A stretch of DNA of 64,000 bases, from assembly GCA_013112535.1 (NCBI GenBank), contig JABFGI010000007.1, positions 43,592 through 107,591 on the forward strand, read 5' to 3'. Source of the stretch: Pseudomonadota bacterium (GTDB lineage Bacteria > Pseudomonadota > Gammaproteobacteria > Eutrophobiales > Eutrophobiaceae). Numbering within the stretch: position 1 is the first letter of the stretch; each line of letters begins with the position of its first letter. Made by a program: the position numbers and the translations under genes. Under the pieces are notes generated by a model. That model was not told where the DNA came from and did no database searches. It was given only the letters and a program-made list of their open reading frames with translations. Below are positions 53,258-64,000 of the stretch, piece by piece.

Positions 53258-53686
53258 TTAATCTCCATGAAGCGTGACAATGACTTTTCGATTATGGGAA
53301 GACGTCCTATGTTCCCATAGATAGATACCCTGCCATGCGCCCAATTGACAACATGATGAGGCAATTGGAATAGTCAGACTTACGTTCGTAATTAAAGTTC
53401 GCACATGTGCAGGCATATCATCTACACCTTCTGTCGTATGACAAAACATAGGATCGCCATCCGGCACGATACTTTGCATGAAAGTTTCCAGATCAGTCCT
53501 CACATCCGGATCGGCATTTTCACAGAGCATTAATGATGCGCTGGTATGTTGTATAAATAAATGACACAGGCCATTTTGAATGTCGCTATTAGCAACAAGC
53601 TTCTGTACTTCCGCTGTAATTTCATACGCTTTGCGCGAATTTGTATTAGAACTAAATGTTTCCTGAATTATTGTCATCAGAATCAA
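53258..53686 (-). CDS. yjbQ: YjbQ/UPF0047 family (secondary thiamine-phosphate synthase) protein
   Basis: HTSASL...ENADPDV...H...GHMPAH-like blocks, and WQGIYLWEHR. Confidence 0.85.
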   Translation of the reverse strand: MILMTIIQETFSSNTNSRKAYEITAEVQKLVANSDIQNGLCHLFIQHTSASLMLCENADPDVRTDLETFMQSIVPDGDPMFCHTTEGVDDMPAHVRTLITNVSLTIPIASSCCQLGAWQGIYLWEHRTSSHNRKVIVTLHGD

Positions 53687-53730
53687 GCCATATATACTTA
53701 AGGTTAATTAAACAATTAAATCGAAACACT

Positions 53731-54177
53731 ATTATGAATCAACCAAAACAATTTAACGATACCAATATTAAAAGACAAAGCAAAATAGTCTGGATGACGA
53801 TGCAATCCAGTGCGCCAATATTGATTGCAATTGTTTATTTCATGAACAAGCTATCTTTGCTTGAAGCCATAATGCCAGACATAAGAAACATTTTTATTGG
53901 ACTCTGCGTTATCAGTATTGCTTTACCTTTTACTTTACTTGGTTTTTTTAAACGCTTGCAAAACAAAATTCATGACAACCTTAAATTAGGCATGGACAAT
54001 GAGCCTGCAGAACTACAACGCTATTTTACTTTTCTGCTTATTGGCATGGCACTTTGTGAATTATCCAGCATGCTTGGGTTAGTTTTGTATATCGTCGCAG
54101 GAGATTATTTTTATTCGTTATTTTTTATAACTGTTTCTTTTTTTCTTGGCTTCCTGTACAAACCTGATTTGGAATAG
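53731..54177 (+). CDS. Membrane protein (4 TM), unknown function
   Basis: Start moved to MNQPKQF, because the longer ORF overlaps the yjbQ start region. Confidence 0.45.
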   Translation: MMNQPKQFNDTNIKRQSKIVWMTMQSSAPILIAIVYFMNKLSLLEAIMPDIRNIFIGLCVISIALPFTLLGFFKRLQNKIHDNLKLGMDNEPAELQRYFTFLLIGMALCELSSMLGLVLYIVAGDYFYSLFFITVSFFLGFLYKPDLE

Positions 54178-54203
54178 AATTATTATTGATGTCTTGAACT
54201 TCC

Positions 54204-54608
54204 CTAGACGTCTTGCGATAACCGATCAGAAATTAATGCATAAAACTGTTGTCCATTAGTAAATAACCAGCCTAAATGTTCATGGCAGGAGTTACAAAAA
54301 GCAAGTTGCCAATCATAACCTTTGAACCAGCTAAACTCATCTGTACTCTCACCCGCAACTAAACAACCTGGTGCTGACTGATAACAATTAATCGTATAAA
54401 TATAACCGGCTGGATTTGAAAATGTATGCGTGTGTTTATCTTCTACCAAAATTGCATCATCCATATTTGTAATATGATTTTTACAATATTTACATAATAT
54501 TTTTTTACTTCTTTCCTTTGCTAAGTCTTCCTTTCTTTCTTCACGAAAACGTTTGTCTGTCTCAAACTCATTCTTTTTAAACCAGTAATGATTTAAAACA
54601 AATTGCAT
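54204..54608 (-). CDS. Bacterial cereblon-like CULT-domain protein
   Basis: Two CxxC pairs (CKYC, CNSC) and three Trp (FSWFKGYDWQLAFCNSCHEHLGWLF), as in the thalidomide-binding domain. An alternative start exists at 54641. Confidence 0.65.
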   Translation of the reverse strand: MQFVLNHYWFKKNEFETDKRFREERKEDLAKERSKKILCKYCKNHITNMDDAILVEDKHTHTFSNPAGYIYTINCYQSAPGCLVAGESTDEFSWFKGYDWQLAFCNSCHEHLGWLFTNGQQFYALISDRLSQDV

Positions 54609-54612
54609 CTTT

Positions 54613-55422
54613 CTAGATTTGAACAAGCATGCGTATTCCAATAATCAAAAGCAGAATTGAAAAAATACGTTTTAGTGTTAATACCGGAAGATAATGTGCC
54701 AACCGCGCACCCATAGGTGCAAAAAAAACAGTCATGGCAACGATGATCAAACCTGCCGGCCAGTACAAATAACTGAGTGAATGTACCGGGACAAGTGAAT
54801 TATCCCAACCGGCAATAATTAATGATGTCGTTCCAGCAACAGCAATAGGGAATCCACAAGCGGAAGAAACGGCAACAGCATTTCGTATATTCACATTACA
54901 CCACAATAAAAATGGTACAGTCAGCGTTCCTCCACCAATACCTAATAAGGTTGAGAATAGACCTATGCCTGTTCCAGTACTGACCATCCCCACTGTATCT
55001 GGCAAGGTTCTACTCGCTTTTGGTTTGAATTCAAACCAGATTTGTATCGCTACTAATGTTTCAAATACGCCGAACACAATTCTTAAAACATTACTGGACA
55101 ACGAATCAGCCAACAGCGCGCCAAACCCGGCACCCACTAAGATTCCAGGTGCAAAACGATTTACTACAGGCCATATAACTGCTTCTTTTTTATGATGTGT
55201 ATAAGTTGATGCGAGCGATGTCACAATAATTGTTGCTAGTGATGTCGTTACGGCCAGATGCATGAGTATCTCCGGCGGAAACCCCTGACGCATGAATAAA
55301 AAATGTAATACAGGAACAATAATAATTCCGCCTCCCAAACCCAACATTCCACCCATAACACCGGCAAAAACACCGGTTAATGCATAAATAACGATAATTT
55401 GTAATGTAATTTCTGTAAACAT
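54613..55422 (-). CDS. TauE/SafE-family sulfite/anion exporter
   Basis: About 8 TM with duplicated G-rich helices (GGMLGLGGGIIIVP, LGIGGGTLTVP). Confidence 0.85.
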   Translation of the reverse strand: MFTEITLQIIVIYALTGVFAGVMGGMLGLGGGIIIVPVLHFLFMRQGFPPEILMHLAVTTSLATIIVTSLASTYTHHKKEAVIWPVVNRFAPGILVGAGFGALLADSLSSNVLRIVFGVFETLVAIQIWFEFKPKASRTLPDTVGMVSTGTGIGLFSTLLGIGGGTLTVPFLLWCNVNIRNAVAVSSACGFPIAVAGTTSLIIAGWDNSLVPVHSLSYLYWPAGLIIVAMTVFFAPMGARLAHYLPVLTLKRIFSILLLIIGIRMLVQI

Positions 55423-55526
55423 AGCGCATCGTCGGTAATGTTCAATAACTTGTCAACGATAGTTAAAGAAATAAATGTTGCGTAAAGAGAGGCAAATCAG
55501 GACAATTCCGACACTTTTTTGTTATA

Positions 55527-57587
55527 TTGATTCAAATGCAATCAGCGGTCGAATCCAGAATTTTCAACGTGCCTTCCAAAGCGACAAGCAAGCGACAACA
55601 ATCCTTGCCAATACTATTATTTTTAATACTTTTAATTTCGATACTGTCATCGGCATCAGTTTTTGCAAAATCTATTGAGCAACAGCGTAAAGATTATATC
55701 GCGGCAAAAAAAGCGTTAGAAACAAAGCAATATAAAACCTTTGGAAAAATTGCTAACACACTGAAAGATTACCCTCTCTACCCTTACCTACGTTACAGCT
55801 ATCTTCTAAAACGCCTCTGGAAAGTTGACGATACTGAAATGATTGATTTTTTTAAACGTTATAATGATCTACCTGTTGCTAATTATTTACGTACATCCTG
55901 GTTAAAGCTTCTGGTAAAACGCGGACATTGGCAAACTTTTCTGGATAATTATTTACCACAATCTGATATCACGATGCAGTGTTATCAGTTACAAGCTCGA
56001 ATTAAAACAAATAACGAGGTTTTTCTTTTAGAAGATACTCGCTCAATCTGGCTAACAGGGAAATCATTACCTCCTCAATGTGATCCTGCCTTTGAACTTC
56101 TATATAAGAGTGATCTGATGACGAATGAATTGGTTTGGGAACGCATTCGTCTATCCATGCAAAACAATAAGGTTAATCTGGTTAATTATTTATCTAAACG
56201 TCTCAACACTGAATATAAGGCGCTGGCAAAAAAATGGATACAAATCCATAACAACCCATACAAATATACAAACAAACCACAATTCGAAGATACTATTATC
56301 ACTAGAGAAATTCTGACTCATGGTATTCTACGATTGGCCAGACAAGATGTTCCTAAAGCAATTAAACGACTGGAAGAGTTAAAAAATAATTTCTCTTTTA
56401 CGCCTGGCGAACTTGCAGAAATTGAACGCACACTTGCTGTTCGAGCAGCCAGAAAAAATAGCAACCTGGCATCACAACTGCTTGATCAAATCGATAATTA
56501 TCATGTTAATGATGAAGTATTTCATTATCGCCTGCGTACAGCTCTGGCAAATCAGGATTGGCCCATTTTAAAAAAATGGACTAGCGGGCAGGCACCTGAT
56601 ATTGATATCGAATTGCGTTGGCGATATTGGCACGCACGTGCCTTAGAAGAAACCGGTGAACAGACAAAAGCAAATGAGATATTTGCCGAACTGGCTAAGG
56701 AACGTGACTACTACGCCTTTCTTGCAGCAGATAAAGTTAATTCGCCCTACCATATGAACCATTATCCTTTACCGGAAAATAAAGAAGAGTTTGAACGTAT
56801 TAAATCGCTACCTGCTATAAAACGTGCTTATGAATTTTTTAAACTTGGTCAAGGATACCCTGCAAGACGTGAGTGGTATCATGCAGAAAGTAAATTAACT
56901 ACCTACCAGATGCAAATGGCAGCAGCATTAGTCACACAATGGGGCTGGCATGATCGCGCCATATTTGCCATGAATCGAGCCAAAGCCTATGACAATCTGG
57001 TTCTACGTTTCCCAATTCTTTTTGAAGATATCTTTAATAAATACGCGAAAAAAAGAAATTTAGATCGAAGCTGGGTTTTTGGATTAGCCAGAGCAGAGAG
57101 CGCATTTATTGAAGATGTAAAATCACCTGCCGGCGCATTGGGTTTAATGCAAGTCATGCCCAGGACAGGAGCGATGACAGCAAAGAAAATAGGTTTAAAA
57201 GGTTTCAAAACTTATAAACTGACACAAGCTGGAACCAACATTCCAATTGGAACCGCTTATATGAAACAAATGCTTGATAAGTTTAATGGCAATATGGTTT
57301 TAGCGACAGCTGCTTATAATGCCGGACCACATCGCGTCACAAAATGGCTACCTAAAAAAGGTTGTGTGGCTCCAGATGTATGGATAGAACAAATACCTTT
57401 TAATGAGACTCGCAAGTATGTTCGTCGTGTACTTTATTTCGCTAATATCTATGACTGGCGATTGGGAGATAAAATCAAATCAATGGGCGAACGTATGACA
57501 CTCGTTACAGCTAATAAAAAAAATAAAAATGTTGCCGACTTAAGCTGTACAGCTATCAAAATTTCGGATAGTCGACATATAAATTAG
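55527..57587 (+). CDS. slt: Soluble lytic murein transglycosylase (Slt70-like)
   Basis: Superhelical N-terminal region plus a catalytic block (ESAF..., GLMQVMP, AYNAGP). Confidence 0.9.
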   Translation: MIQMQSAVESRIFNVPSKATSKRQQSLPILLFLILLISILSSASVFAKSIEQQRKDYIAAKKALETKQYKTFGKIANTLKDYPLYPYLRYSYLLKRLWKVDDTEMIDFFKRYNDLPVANYLRTSWLKLLVKRGHWQTFLDNYLPQSDITMQCYQLQARIKTNNEVFLLEDTRSIWLTGKSLPPQCDPAFELLYKSDLMTNELVWERIRLSMQNNKVNLVNYLSKRLNTEYKALAKKWIQIHNNPYKYTNKPQFEDTIITREILTHGILRLARQDVPKAIKRLEELKNNFSFTPGELAEIERTLAVRAARKNSNLASQLLDQIDNYHVNDEVFHYRLRTALANQDWPILKKWTSGQAPDIDIELRWRYWHARALEETGEQTKANEIFAELAKERDYYAFLAADKVNSPYHMNHYPLPENKEEFERIKSLPAIKRAYEFFKLGQGYPARREWYHAESKLTTYQMQMAAALVTQWGWHDRAIFAMNRAKAYDNLVLRFPILFEDIFNKYAKKRNLDRSWVFGLARAESAFIEDVKSPAGALGLMQVMPRTGAMTAKKIGLKGFKTYKLTQAGTNIPIGTAYMKQMLDKFNGNMVLATAAYNAGPHRVTKWLPKKGCVAPDVWIEQIPFNETRKYVRRVLYFANIYDWRLGDKIKSMGERMTLVTANKKNKNVADLSCTAIKISDSRHIN

Positions 57588-57671
57588 AGTCTTGTCACTA
57601 TCCTGATAAACTATTGTTATTGTTCATATCTAAATACAAATATTAAATTATTTTTATAACACGATATCCAT

Positions 57672-58889
57672 ATGCAGACATATTTAGTTGGTGGTGCTGT
57701 CCGAGACAAACTACTTGGTCTTCCGGTTAAAGATCGGGATTGGGTCGTTGTTGGTGCGACACCTGAAGTCATGATTGAGCAGGGCTTTAAAGCTGTTGGT
57801 AAAGACTTTCCTGTTTTTCTTCATCCTGAAACAAAAGAAGAATATGCACTGGCACGTACTGAACGTAAATCGGGTAAAGGTTATAAGGGTTTCACTTTTC
57901 ACACTTCACCGGATGTGACACTGGAAGAAGATCTACGACGCAGAGATTTAACAGTTAATGCAATTGCTGAAGATGAAAAAGGCAATCTTATTGATCCCTA
58001 TGGAGGCGAAGCAGATATAAAACAAGGCATACTACGCCATGTATCTGGCGCATTTGTTGAAGATCCTTTACGCGTTTTGCGCATTGCACGATTTGCAGCT
58101 ACGCTGGGATTCAAGATTGCTCCGGAAACAACTCGATTATTAAAAGAAATTTCAGCAAGCGAAGAGCTTGAGACGTTAGTTCCTGAACGTGTCTGGACTG
58201 AAATGGAAAAAGCCTTATCAGGAAAGTATCCTGCGCGCTTTATACTGGTATTACGTTCATGTGATGCATTAAAAAAACTTTTTCCCGAAATTGAAGCACT
58301 CTTTGGTATACCTCAACCTGAAGAGTATCACCCTGAAATTGATACCGGTCTGCATACTATAATGTGCTTGAATCAGTCAGTTCGTTTAACTAGTGATTCA
58401 ATGATACGTTTTGCTGCATTAGTCCATGATTTAGGAAAAGCAACAACACCAGCAAATGAATTACCAAGCCACCATGGTCATGAAGCACGCGGCGTAAAAA
58501 TAATAGGAAAGCTTTGCAAACGTTATCGCATACCAAACAAGTATCACGAACTTGCCAGTTGTGTTTCAAAGTTTCATCTTGATTGCCACCGTATACAAGA
58601 GATGAAACCGACGACAGTATTAAAAAAGCTTGAACAACTTGATGCTTTTAGAAGACCGGAACGTTTCGAACAATTTTTAATCGCTTGCGAAGCTGACGCC
58701 CGCGGACGTGCCGGCTTTGAAGACCGTGATTATCCGCAGGCGGAGTATTTTATAAATGCATTAAAAACAGCAAATGCAGTTGATACCAATGCATTGCAGG
58801 AAAAAGGTATTGAAGGAAAAACGTTGGGAGAAGAAATAAAAAAACAACGTATTGAAAATATTAAACAGATGATGTCACAAATTTCTTAA
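57672..58889 (+). CDS. cca: Multifunctional CCA tRNA nucleotidyltransferase with HD domain
   Basis: [23 protein letters not shown], and an HD region (HDLGK). Confidence 0.95.
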   Translation: MQTYLVGGAVRDKLLGLPVKDRDWVVVGATPEVMIEQGFKAVGKDFPVFLHPETKEEYALARTERKSGKGYKGFTFHTSPDVTLEEDLRRRDLTVNAIAEDEKGNLIDPYGGEADIKQGILRHVSGAFVEDPLRVLRIARFAATLGFKIAPETTRLLKEISASEELETLVPERVWTEMEKALSGKYPARFILVLRSCDALKKLFPEIEALFGIPQPEEYHPEIDTGLHTIMCLNQSVRLTSDSMIRFAALVHDLGKATTPANELPSHHGHEARGVKIIGKLCKRYRIPNKYHELASCVSKFHLDCHRIQEMKPTTVLKKLEQLDAFRRPERFEQFLIACEADARGRAGFEDRDYPQAEYFINALKTANAVDTNALQEKGIEGKTLGEEIKKQRIENIKQMMSQIS

Positions 58890-59245
58890 AATGATCCGGG
58901 CCTGCTGTACCTGACGCGCGTACCATGTTCCAAAGAAAATAATATCTCGTCTGCACGTAGTTCTTTTGGAAAATAACATCCTGAAATATTAGCTCCGGCA
59001 AAACTGGCGCCTTCCATTTTTGAATTTCGAAAATCAACACCTCGCATATCTGTCATACGAAAATAGGCATCTTCAAAATTAATATTATCAACAATTAGAC
59101 CACGTATATCGATACGACTTAAATCTGAGCCACTTAGATCATATTCAACAGAAATATCTCGTTTTTCATTAAACTCATCAATTTCACCCATACGGAGTAA
59201 TTGATACATTTCATCATCTAACACTTTGGGGCTCGCCATAAACAT
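58886..59245 (-). CDS. Pentapeptide-repeat protein
   Basis: Tandem A(D/N)LXX-type repeats across most of the 119 aa. Confidence 0.8.
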   Translation of the reverse strand: MFMASPKVLDDEMYQLLRMGEIDEFNEKRDISVEYDLSGSDLSRIDIRGLIVDNINFEDAYFRMTDMRGVDFRNSKMEGASFAGANISGCYFPKELRADEILFSLEHGTRVRYSRPGSF

Positions 59246-59293
59246 CTCCTAAGAACTATCGCTGGTTCACTGATATTTACTATATAATCTATT

Positions 59294-60094
59294 CTAGATA
59301 AATATATAGAACAATACTATTCCTAAAACAACTCGATAAACAACAAATGGTAACATGCCTGTGTTTTCCAAAAATTTCAAAAACAAATGTATTGAAATAA
59401 AAGCACTAATTGCAGAAACACATACCGTTATCAAAAAATTTTCTAAATCAACAACCTCTCCTGTTTGAACCAGTTTCAATAATTCATAACCACCCGCAGC
59501 CAGAATAATGGGGACTGCCATTAAAAATGAAAAACGCGCTGCACTATTTCTATCTAGACCTAACATAAGGGCCGCCGTCATCGTGATTCCTGAACGAGAT
59601 GTTCCTGGGATCAAGGCTAAAGCCTGTGCTAAACCTATTATAATTACATCACGCATGTTAATAGAGTTTATCTGACGAATTCTTTTCCCGTTTAAATCTG
59701 CATACAGGAGAAGCAAACCAAAACCAATTGAGGTCAGGGCAATGATTAATGGTTCACGCAAGTAAGTTGAAACAACATCATGTAATAGAAAACCGCAGAC
59801 CAATACTGGCATGCTGCCAATGACGATATACCAGAATAACCTTCCGTCTGATTCGCTAACTCCCTTTTTAATAATTGAGTTTATCCCTGCAAGCAGAATA
59901 CGGGAAATATCTTTTCTAAAGTAAAGAATAACTGCAAATAAACTGCCTAAATGTGCGGCAACATCAATGGCCAGACCTTGATCCTGCCATTGCGTTAACA
60001 GTGGAACAAGAATTAAATGAGCGGAACTGGATACAGGTAAAAATTCAGTAATACCTTGTATTAAAGAAAGAATTATTAATTGTAAAAGGTCCAA
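59294..60094 (-). CDS. uppP: Undecaprenyl-diphosphate phosphatase
   Basis: Conserved BacA/UppP blocks (GITEFLPVSSSAHL, PGTSRSG). Confidence 0.95.
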   Translation of the reverse strand: MDLLQLIILSLIQGITEFLPVSSSAHLILVPLLTQWQDQGLAIDVAAHLGSLFAVILYFRKDISRILLAGINSIIKKGVSESDGRLFWYIVIGSMPVLVCGFLLHDVVSTYLREPLIIALTSIGFGLLLLYADLNGKRIRQINSINMRDVIIIGLAQALALIPGTSRSGITMTAALMLGLDRNSAARFSFLMAVPIILAAGGYELLKLVQTGEVVDLENFLITVCVSAISAFISIHLFLKFLENTGMLPFVVYRVVLGIVLFYIFI

Positions 60095-60131
60095 GATAAA
60101 TTCCTGATTAAATTTATTAAAGATAAGTTTG

Positions 60132-60845
60132 CTATATAGGCAAGAATACTGCTGTTGCCATCTTCTGGATTACAGTTTTCACCGTTCGATTATTTTTACC
60201 CGCCATGATCGTTGTAATATTATCCTGTGTAGCAATTAATTTACCGAATAAGCGTTCATAGCTAAGATTAGTGACTTCTTCATCAGACAAGGAATTACTA
60301 TACAAAAAAGGTTCTCCATTGGAATCACGATTATTACTCAGTTTCCAAACTGCTATTTCTATATTTCTGGCACAGTTATATAACTTCTGTGCGTCAACCG
60401 TATCAAACATGTAAAACTCAGACTGATAATTATAAGACTTCATAATCATTGACATCAGGCCGGCAACAAACGCAAAAACACGATCTCCATTGTACTCTTC
60501 ATTAAATGTCAGGCGAATTAAATCAATATCGTATTTGCCTTCCAATTCAGGAAAGTCCCATGTATGTTCAAGGTCAAACAGCCTAACTAATTGCTCTTCT
60601 ATCAGGTGGAGTTCTGATTTTTGTAACTCACGTGGATTACGTTTATAAAGTTTAACCATCAATTCACGCAGTAATTCTTGTGATTCCTGTATGTGTACAT
60701 CTAGTACATTATCTATATCTGATTTTGCAATTTGTGCAACGCCAGTACCTTCATCGACAGGCTTGTTCTCTCTAATAATTTCCTTGTTACATGCACACAA
60801 TAAACATAGCAAACATAATATGAATATCCATTTAAAAGATTTCAT
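60132..60845 (-). CDS. Putative lipoprotein, unknown function
   Basis: Lipobox LLCLLCAC. Start lies 1 nt after the upstream gene's stop. Confidence 0.5.
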   Translation of the reverse strand: MKSFKWIFILCLLCLLCACNKEIIRENKPVDEGTGVAQIAKSDIDNVLDVHIQESQELLRELMVKLYKRNPRELQKSELHLIEEQLVRLFDLEHTWDFPELEGKYDIDLIRLTFNEEYNGDRVFAFVAGLMSMIMKSYNYQSEFYMFDTVDAQKLYNCARNIEIAVWKLSNNRDSNGEPFLYSNSLSDEEVTNLSYERLFGKLIATQDNITTIMAGKNNRTVKTVIQKMATAVFLPI

Positions 60846-60846
60846 A

Positions 60847-62046
60847 TTACAACCTGACTCGCTGATCCATAATTGAAAATCCTATCAAACCTGTATCAAA
60901 TTCTTTATTCATGGCTATTACTTTAAAACGCTCACCCATCTCTTCCGGTAGCGTTAATTTTTTAACCTGTTGTGTTATTTTTATGTTCGACTTGACATCT
61001 AACAAAGCAATATCTGAAAGCAATTTCTCCAAACCACAGCCAAATAGAAAATAAGCCTGATTAGTATAACCACTAACATGCAAACCCAGGCTGTCACCAG
61101 CTTCGGCAACACTGGTAAAATCGACTGAAGCTGTTATATCCTGTAAACCCGGGTAAGAGAATGGATCAGAATGTACACGGTGTCGATAGTGGCATAATAA
61201 ACTGCCATCAATTCTTGAGGGGTGATAATACTCTTGTACTGAATAGCCGTAATCTATGAACAGCATTACTCCCCTTTGTAAGACTGAATTTAGACCGCTC
61301 AGCCATTTTTGGGTATTCGTATTAATTTCTGAAATGTAATCTTCCGGGAAAGGCTCTGATATTTGAGCTTCAAGCCGGGTTAATATTTTTTTTAATTCAG
61401 CATCTGCGTCATCTTCAAACCAGATGAAATCATCATCACATAAGCCTACTTTTAATTCCTTGAACTCCCCTTTAATTTTTTTAAACCGTTTTACGGCTAA
61501 AGCATCAAGTATTTCATTGGCCAATATCACACCATTAAAAGCATTTTCCGGTAAGGAATCCAGCCAGGTTACACGTTCAATCAAATGAGGAATTGATTCG
61601 TTTAATAATGCTTGCTGTCGCTGTTTAAGATCAGCACTGACTTCAAGAATAAAGTAAGTTTCGGGTAATAAGTCCAATTTCTCTAATTCGAGTAATAAAT
61701 CCCGAGCCATAACACCCGTACCTGCACCCAGCTCCAGAATAGATCCTGAATCAAGGTAGTCTAAAATCTGGGCACATTGAAATGCCAAACACTGTGAGAA
61801 CAAAGGCGAGATTTCCGGTGCTGTCACAAAATCACCTTCAGCACCAAATTTACGACTTCCGGCACTATAATAACCAAGACCTGGCTCATACAGAACAGTT
61901 GACATATATTGGTCAAAACCAATAGATCCACCTTGTTCATGTATTAAATTTTTAATATGAGCTGTTAATTTTTCGCTTTGCAGCAATGCATCTCTTTCAG
62001 GAACAGGCAAAGCTGACTCAGTACTTAATGGTTTTGATTGTGTCAT
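60847..62046 (-). CDS. MidA/NDUFAF7-like (DUF185) SAM-dependent methyltransferase
   Basis: FDQYM...LYEPGLGYY...GDFVTAPE and ILELGAGTG motifs. Confidence 0.8.
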   Translation of the reverse strand: MTQSKPLSTESALPVPERDALLQSEKLTAHIKNLIHEQGGSIGFDQYMSTVLYEPGLGYYSAGSRKFGAEGDFVTAPEISPLFSQCLAFQCAQILDYLDSGSILELGAGTGVMARDLLLELEKLDLLPETYFILEVSADLKQRQQALLNESIPHLIERVTWLDSLPENAFNGVILANEILDALAVKRFKKIKGEFKELKVGLCDDDFIWFEDDADAELKKILTRLEAQISEPFPEDYISEINTNTQKWLSGLNSVLQRGVMLFIDYGYSVQEYYHPSRIDGSLLCHYRHRVHSDPFSYPGLQDITASVDFTSVAEAGDSLGLHVSGYTNQAYFLFGCGLEKLLSDIALLDVKSNIKITQQVKKLTLPEEMGERFKVIAMNKEFDTGLIGFSIMDQRVRL

Positions 62047-62110
62047 GATGTGCTCATGTTATTCTGTTTTACAAATCATTCAATATAACATTTAGGCAGG
62101 AATAGATTTT

Positions 62111-62839
62111 GTGAAGAATAAAACCGCATTAATAACCGGTGCAGCAAAGCGTATTGGTGCTGCTATCGCAGAACATCTTCACCAAACCGGAATGGATGTC
62201 ATTATTCATCATAATACTTCTATAAAAGAAGCAAATGAATTAACTGATAAATTAAATAAAATCCGGCCTGACTCGGCTATTGCTGAACAGGCAAACCTGA
62301 AGTATCAGGAATCCTGTGCAGCTTTAATCAATAGTTCTTTAAAATTTAAAGGAAGCATCGATGTATTGATAAACAATGCCTCCGTTTTTTACCCGACACC
62401 AGTTACTACTTTAAGTAATAAACAATGGGACGAAATCATTAATATCAACTTAAAAGCACCGCTGTTTCTTTCTCAACTTGCTGCACCCTCATTAAGTAAA
62501 AATAAAGGTTGTATCATTAACATCACTGATATTCATGCAAAACGACCATTAAAAGATTATTCAGTCTACAGCGTCTCAAAAGCTGGACTTATCATGTTAA
62601 CCGAGTCGCTGGCCAAAGAATTAGCACCCAATGTTCGTGTCAATGCAATATCTCCAGGAGCAATAACCTGGCCTGAAGAAATGAGTGACAAAATTAAACA
62701 TTCAATACTAGAACACACTGCCTTGAAGAAAACAGGCAATATGAAAGATATCAGTAAGGCAGTATTATTTTTAATTAAGGATGCGGAATATATAACTGGG
62801 CAAATAATTAATATTGATGGGGGCAGGACAATTTATTAG
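62111..62839 (+). CDS. Short-chain dehydrogenase, pteridine reductase (FolM/PTR1)-like
   Basis: TGAAKRIG Rossmann motif, NNAS, YxxxK (YSVSK). GTG start. Confidence 0.75.
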   Translation: MKNKTALITGAAKRIGAAIAEHLHQTGMDVIIHHNTSIKEANELTDKLNKIRPDSAIAEQANLKYQESCAALINSSLKFKGSIDVLINNASVFYPTPVTTLSNKQWDEIININLKAPLFLSQLAAPSLSKNKGCIINITDIHAKRPLKDYSVYSVSKAGLIMLTESLAKELAPNVRVNAISPGAITWPEEMSDKIKHSILEHTALKKTGNMKDISKAVLFLIKDAEYITGQIINIDGGRTIY

Positions 62840-62849
62840 TTAATTCCTT

Positions 62850-63260
62850 TTAGAATTCAGGAAACTCCCCATCAATAAACCACTGATGATTTGGTTCGTT
62901 ATACCACCAATCCTGATCTAAATTTAAGGTTTTAAGGTTACCTTCTGACTTTAAATAATATGAAACAATAGCTTTAACTTTCGCTTTAGTTTGATCGTCA
63001 TTCAGTGTCTTTTCTTTAATTTCTAAACCAGTCACACTAATTTCCTGAAGTCTTTCCATATTAACTGGTGGTTGCGTGCCATTAGGTGAAACATAATATG
63101 CGTAAAGTGTATTATGCTCAGCCCACCTTAAGGCAACACCATAACTGGTTATAGTCGTATCTAAACTATTTACTCTCTTCTTAACTTGATAGGAATTACA
63201 TGCAGTTAGCAAACTGATAAATATGATTAAAAATACTTTGGAAACGGTACTGAAATTCAT
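62850..63260 (-). CDS. Putative lipoprotein, unknown function
   Basis: Lipobox SLLTAC. Confidence 0.45.
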   Translation of the reverse strand: MNFSTVSKVFLIIFISLLTACNSYQVKKRVNSLDTTITSYGVALRWAEHNTLYAYYVSPNGTQPPVNMERLQEISVTGLEIKEKTLNDDQTKAKVKAIVSYYLKSEGNLKTLNLDQDWWYNEPNHQWFIDGEFPEF

Positions 63261-63331
63261 TTTGTCAGGCTCCAGTAAAAGTAGGTGCTATTATTACAGT
63301 CTCAGAAAAAAAATCCATCAATGAATATGAG

Positions 63332-63940
63332 TCAAAAATCAATTTGATTCAATTCAGAATAAATAATATCAGCATAATGGTGGTTTGCTTCAAGTACTAA
63401 ATGAATTTGATCCGCAGACACAAAATCATTCACATTGATATTTCTAAGAGTCATTTGCACAGGTATATCTATTAATTTCGATTTCAATTCATTAGCAATA
63501 TATCGAATTGCATTATTATAGGAATGATAATTTTCATTATAAGTTTTACCATTACCCTGCTTACCATCAACCAAACCAATACTGTGATTTAAAATAAAGA
63601 CAGGAATACTGTTGTTATCTTTAGCAATACGATCAAATTCTTTCAGGTTCTTTTCAAACTCGGCTAAACCGACACGATGCACTATTGAAAAATCTTTTAC
63701 ATTGGCGTCATTAAAGCCAAACTGAATTAATAATATGCCGGGTAATAAAGGCATAACATCAGAGCAAAATCGATCAAAACCCTGCGCACTGGTATTACCA
63801 CCAATACCACGATTATGAACTTTATAGATATCAGGCTTTACAGCATCCAGCTTCTTTTGCAATAAACTGGTCCAACGTACATTAACGGGAAATTCGGCGC
63901 CTTCAGTAATAGAATCGCCGAAACAAATAATATTGATCAT
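63332..63940 (-). CDS. SGNH/GDSL hydrolase
   Basis: GDSITEG block I, GxND block (FGFNDA), and a D..H near the C-terminus. Confidence 0.75.
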   Translation of the reverse strand: MINIICFGDSITEGAEFPVNVRWTSLLQKKLDAVKPDIYKVHNRGIGGNTSAQGFDRFCSDVMPLLPGILLIQFGFNDANVKDFSIVHRVGLAEFEKNLKEFDRIAKDNNSIPVFILNHSIGLVDGKQGNGKTYNENYHSYNNAIRYIANELKSKLIDIPVQMTLRNINVNDFVSADQIHLVLEANHHYADIIYSELNQIDF

Positions 63941-64000
63941 AAATTAAAATCTTGTTGTATTTTATTTATTCCCTGATCAGGATTGTTAAAACTATTCCAT

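Overview
AT-rich chromosomal segment with gammaproteobacterial gene content and synteny (glyQS-gmhB-plsC, rhlB-trxA-rho, groESL, cysDN, tesA/ybbAP, ntrBC). All calls come from reading the ORF translations and the DNA by eye; no database search was run. Most of the window is housekeeping. The one clearly accessory segment is a 2,481-bp IS1595-family transposon (19678-22158). It has 24-bp terminal inverted repeats (19/24 identical) and a perfect 8-bp target-site duplication (CAGTTGAA). It sits between ntrB and two DUF4124-like genes. Besides an intact transposase it carries unexplained cargo. One part is a roughly 200-nt, locally GC-rich, heavily self-complementary non-coding stretch, followed by a Shine-Dalgarno site, a 28-codon hydrophobic ORF and a terminator. 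The other part is an opposite-strand operon encoding a 2-TM protein, an ImmA/IrrE (HEXXH) metalloprotease with no Xre-type partner, and possibly a 50-aa protein. This operon lies behind a promoter region with three 11-bp phased direct repeats. Other points of interest: a type II (eukaryote-like) glutamine synthetase with a well-spaced sigma-54 promoter and an NtrC-type palindrome, next to a Hanks-type kinase at the position where glnA would be expected. Two paralogous uncharacterised proteins (5448-5987 and 33944-34588), the second apparently translationally coupled to a gene with no canonical start. A PspA/IM30 gene coupled to a large polytopic membrane protein. A CysN carrying a P-loop-less APS-kinase relic. 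A perfect CIRCE operator at groESL. A bacterial cereblon/CULT protein. An ArsM-like methyltransferase operon. Two c-di-GMP proteins with degenerate GGDEF motifs, one beside an Hpt-like protein that seems to lack the phospho-accepting His. No rRNA, tRNA or CRISPR array was seen.
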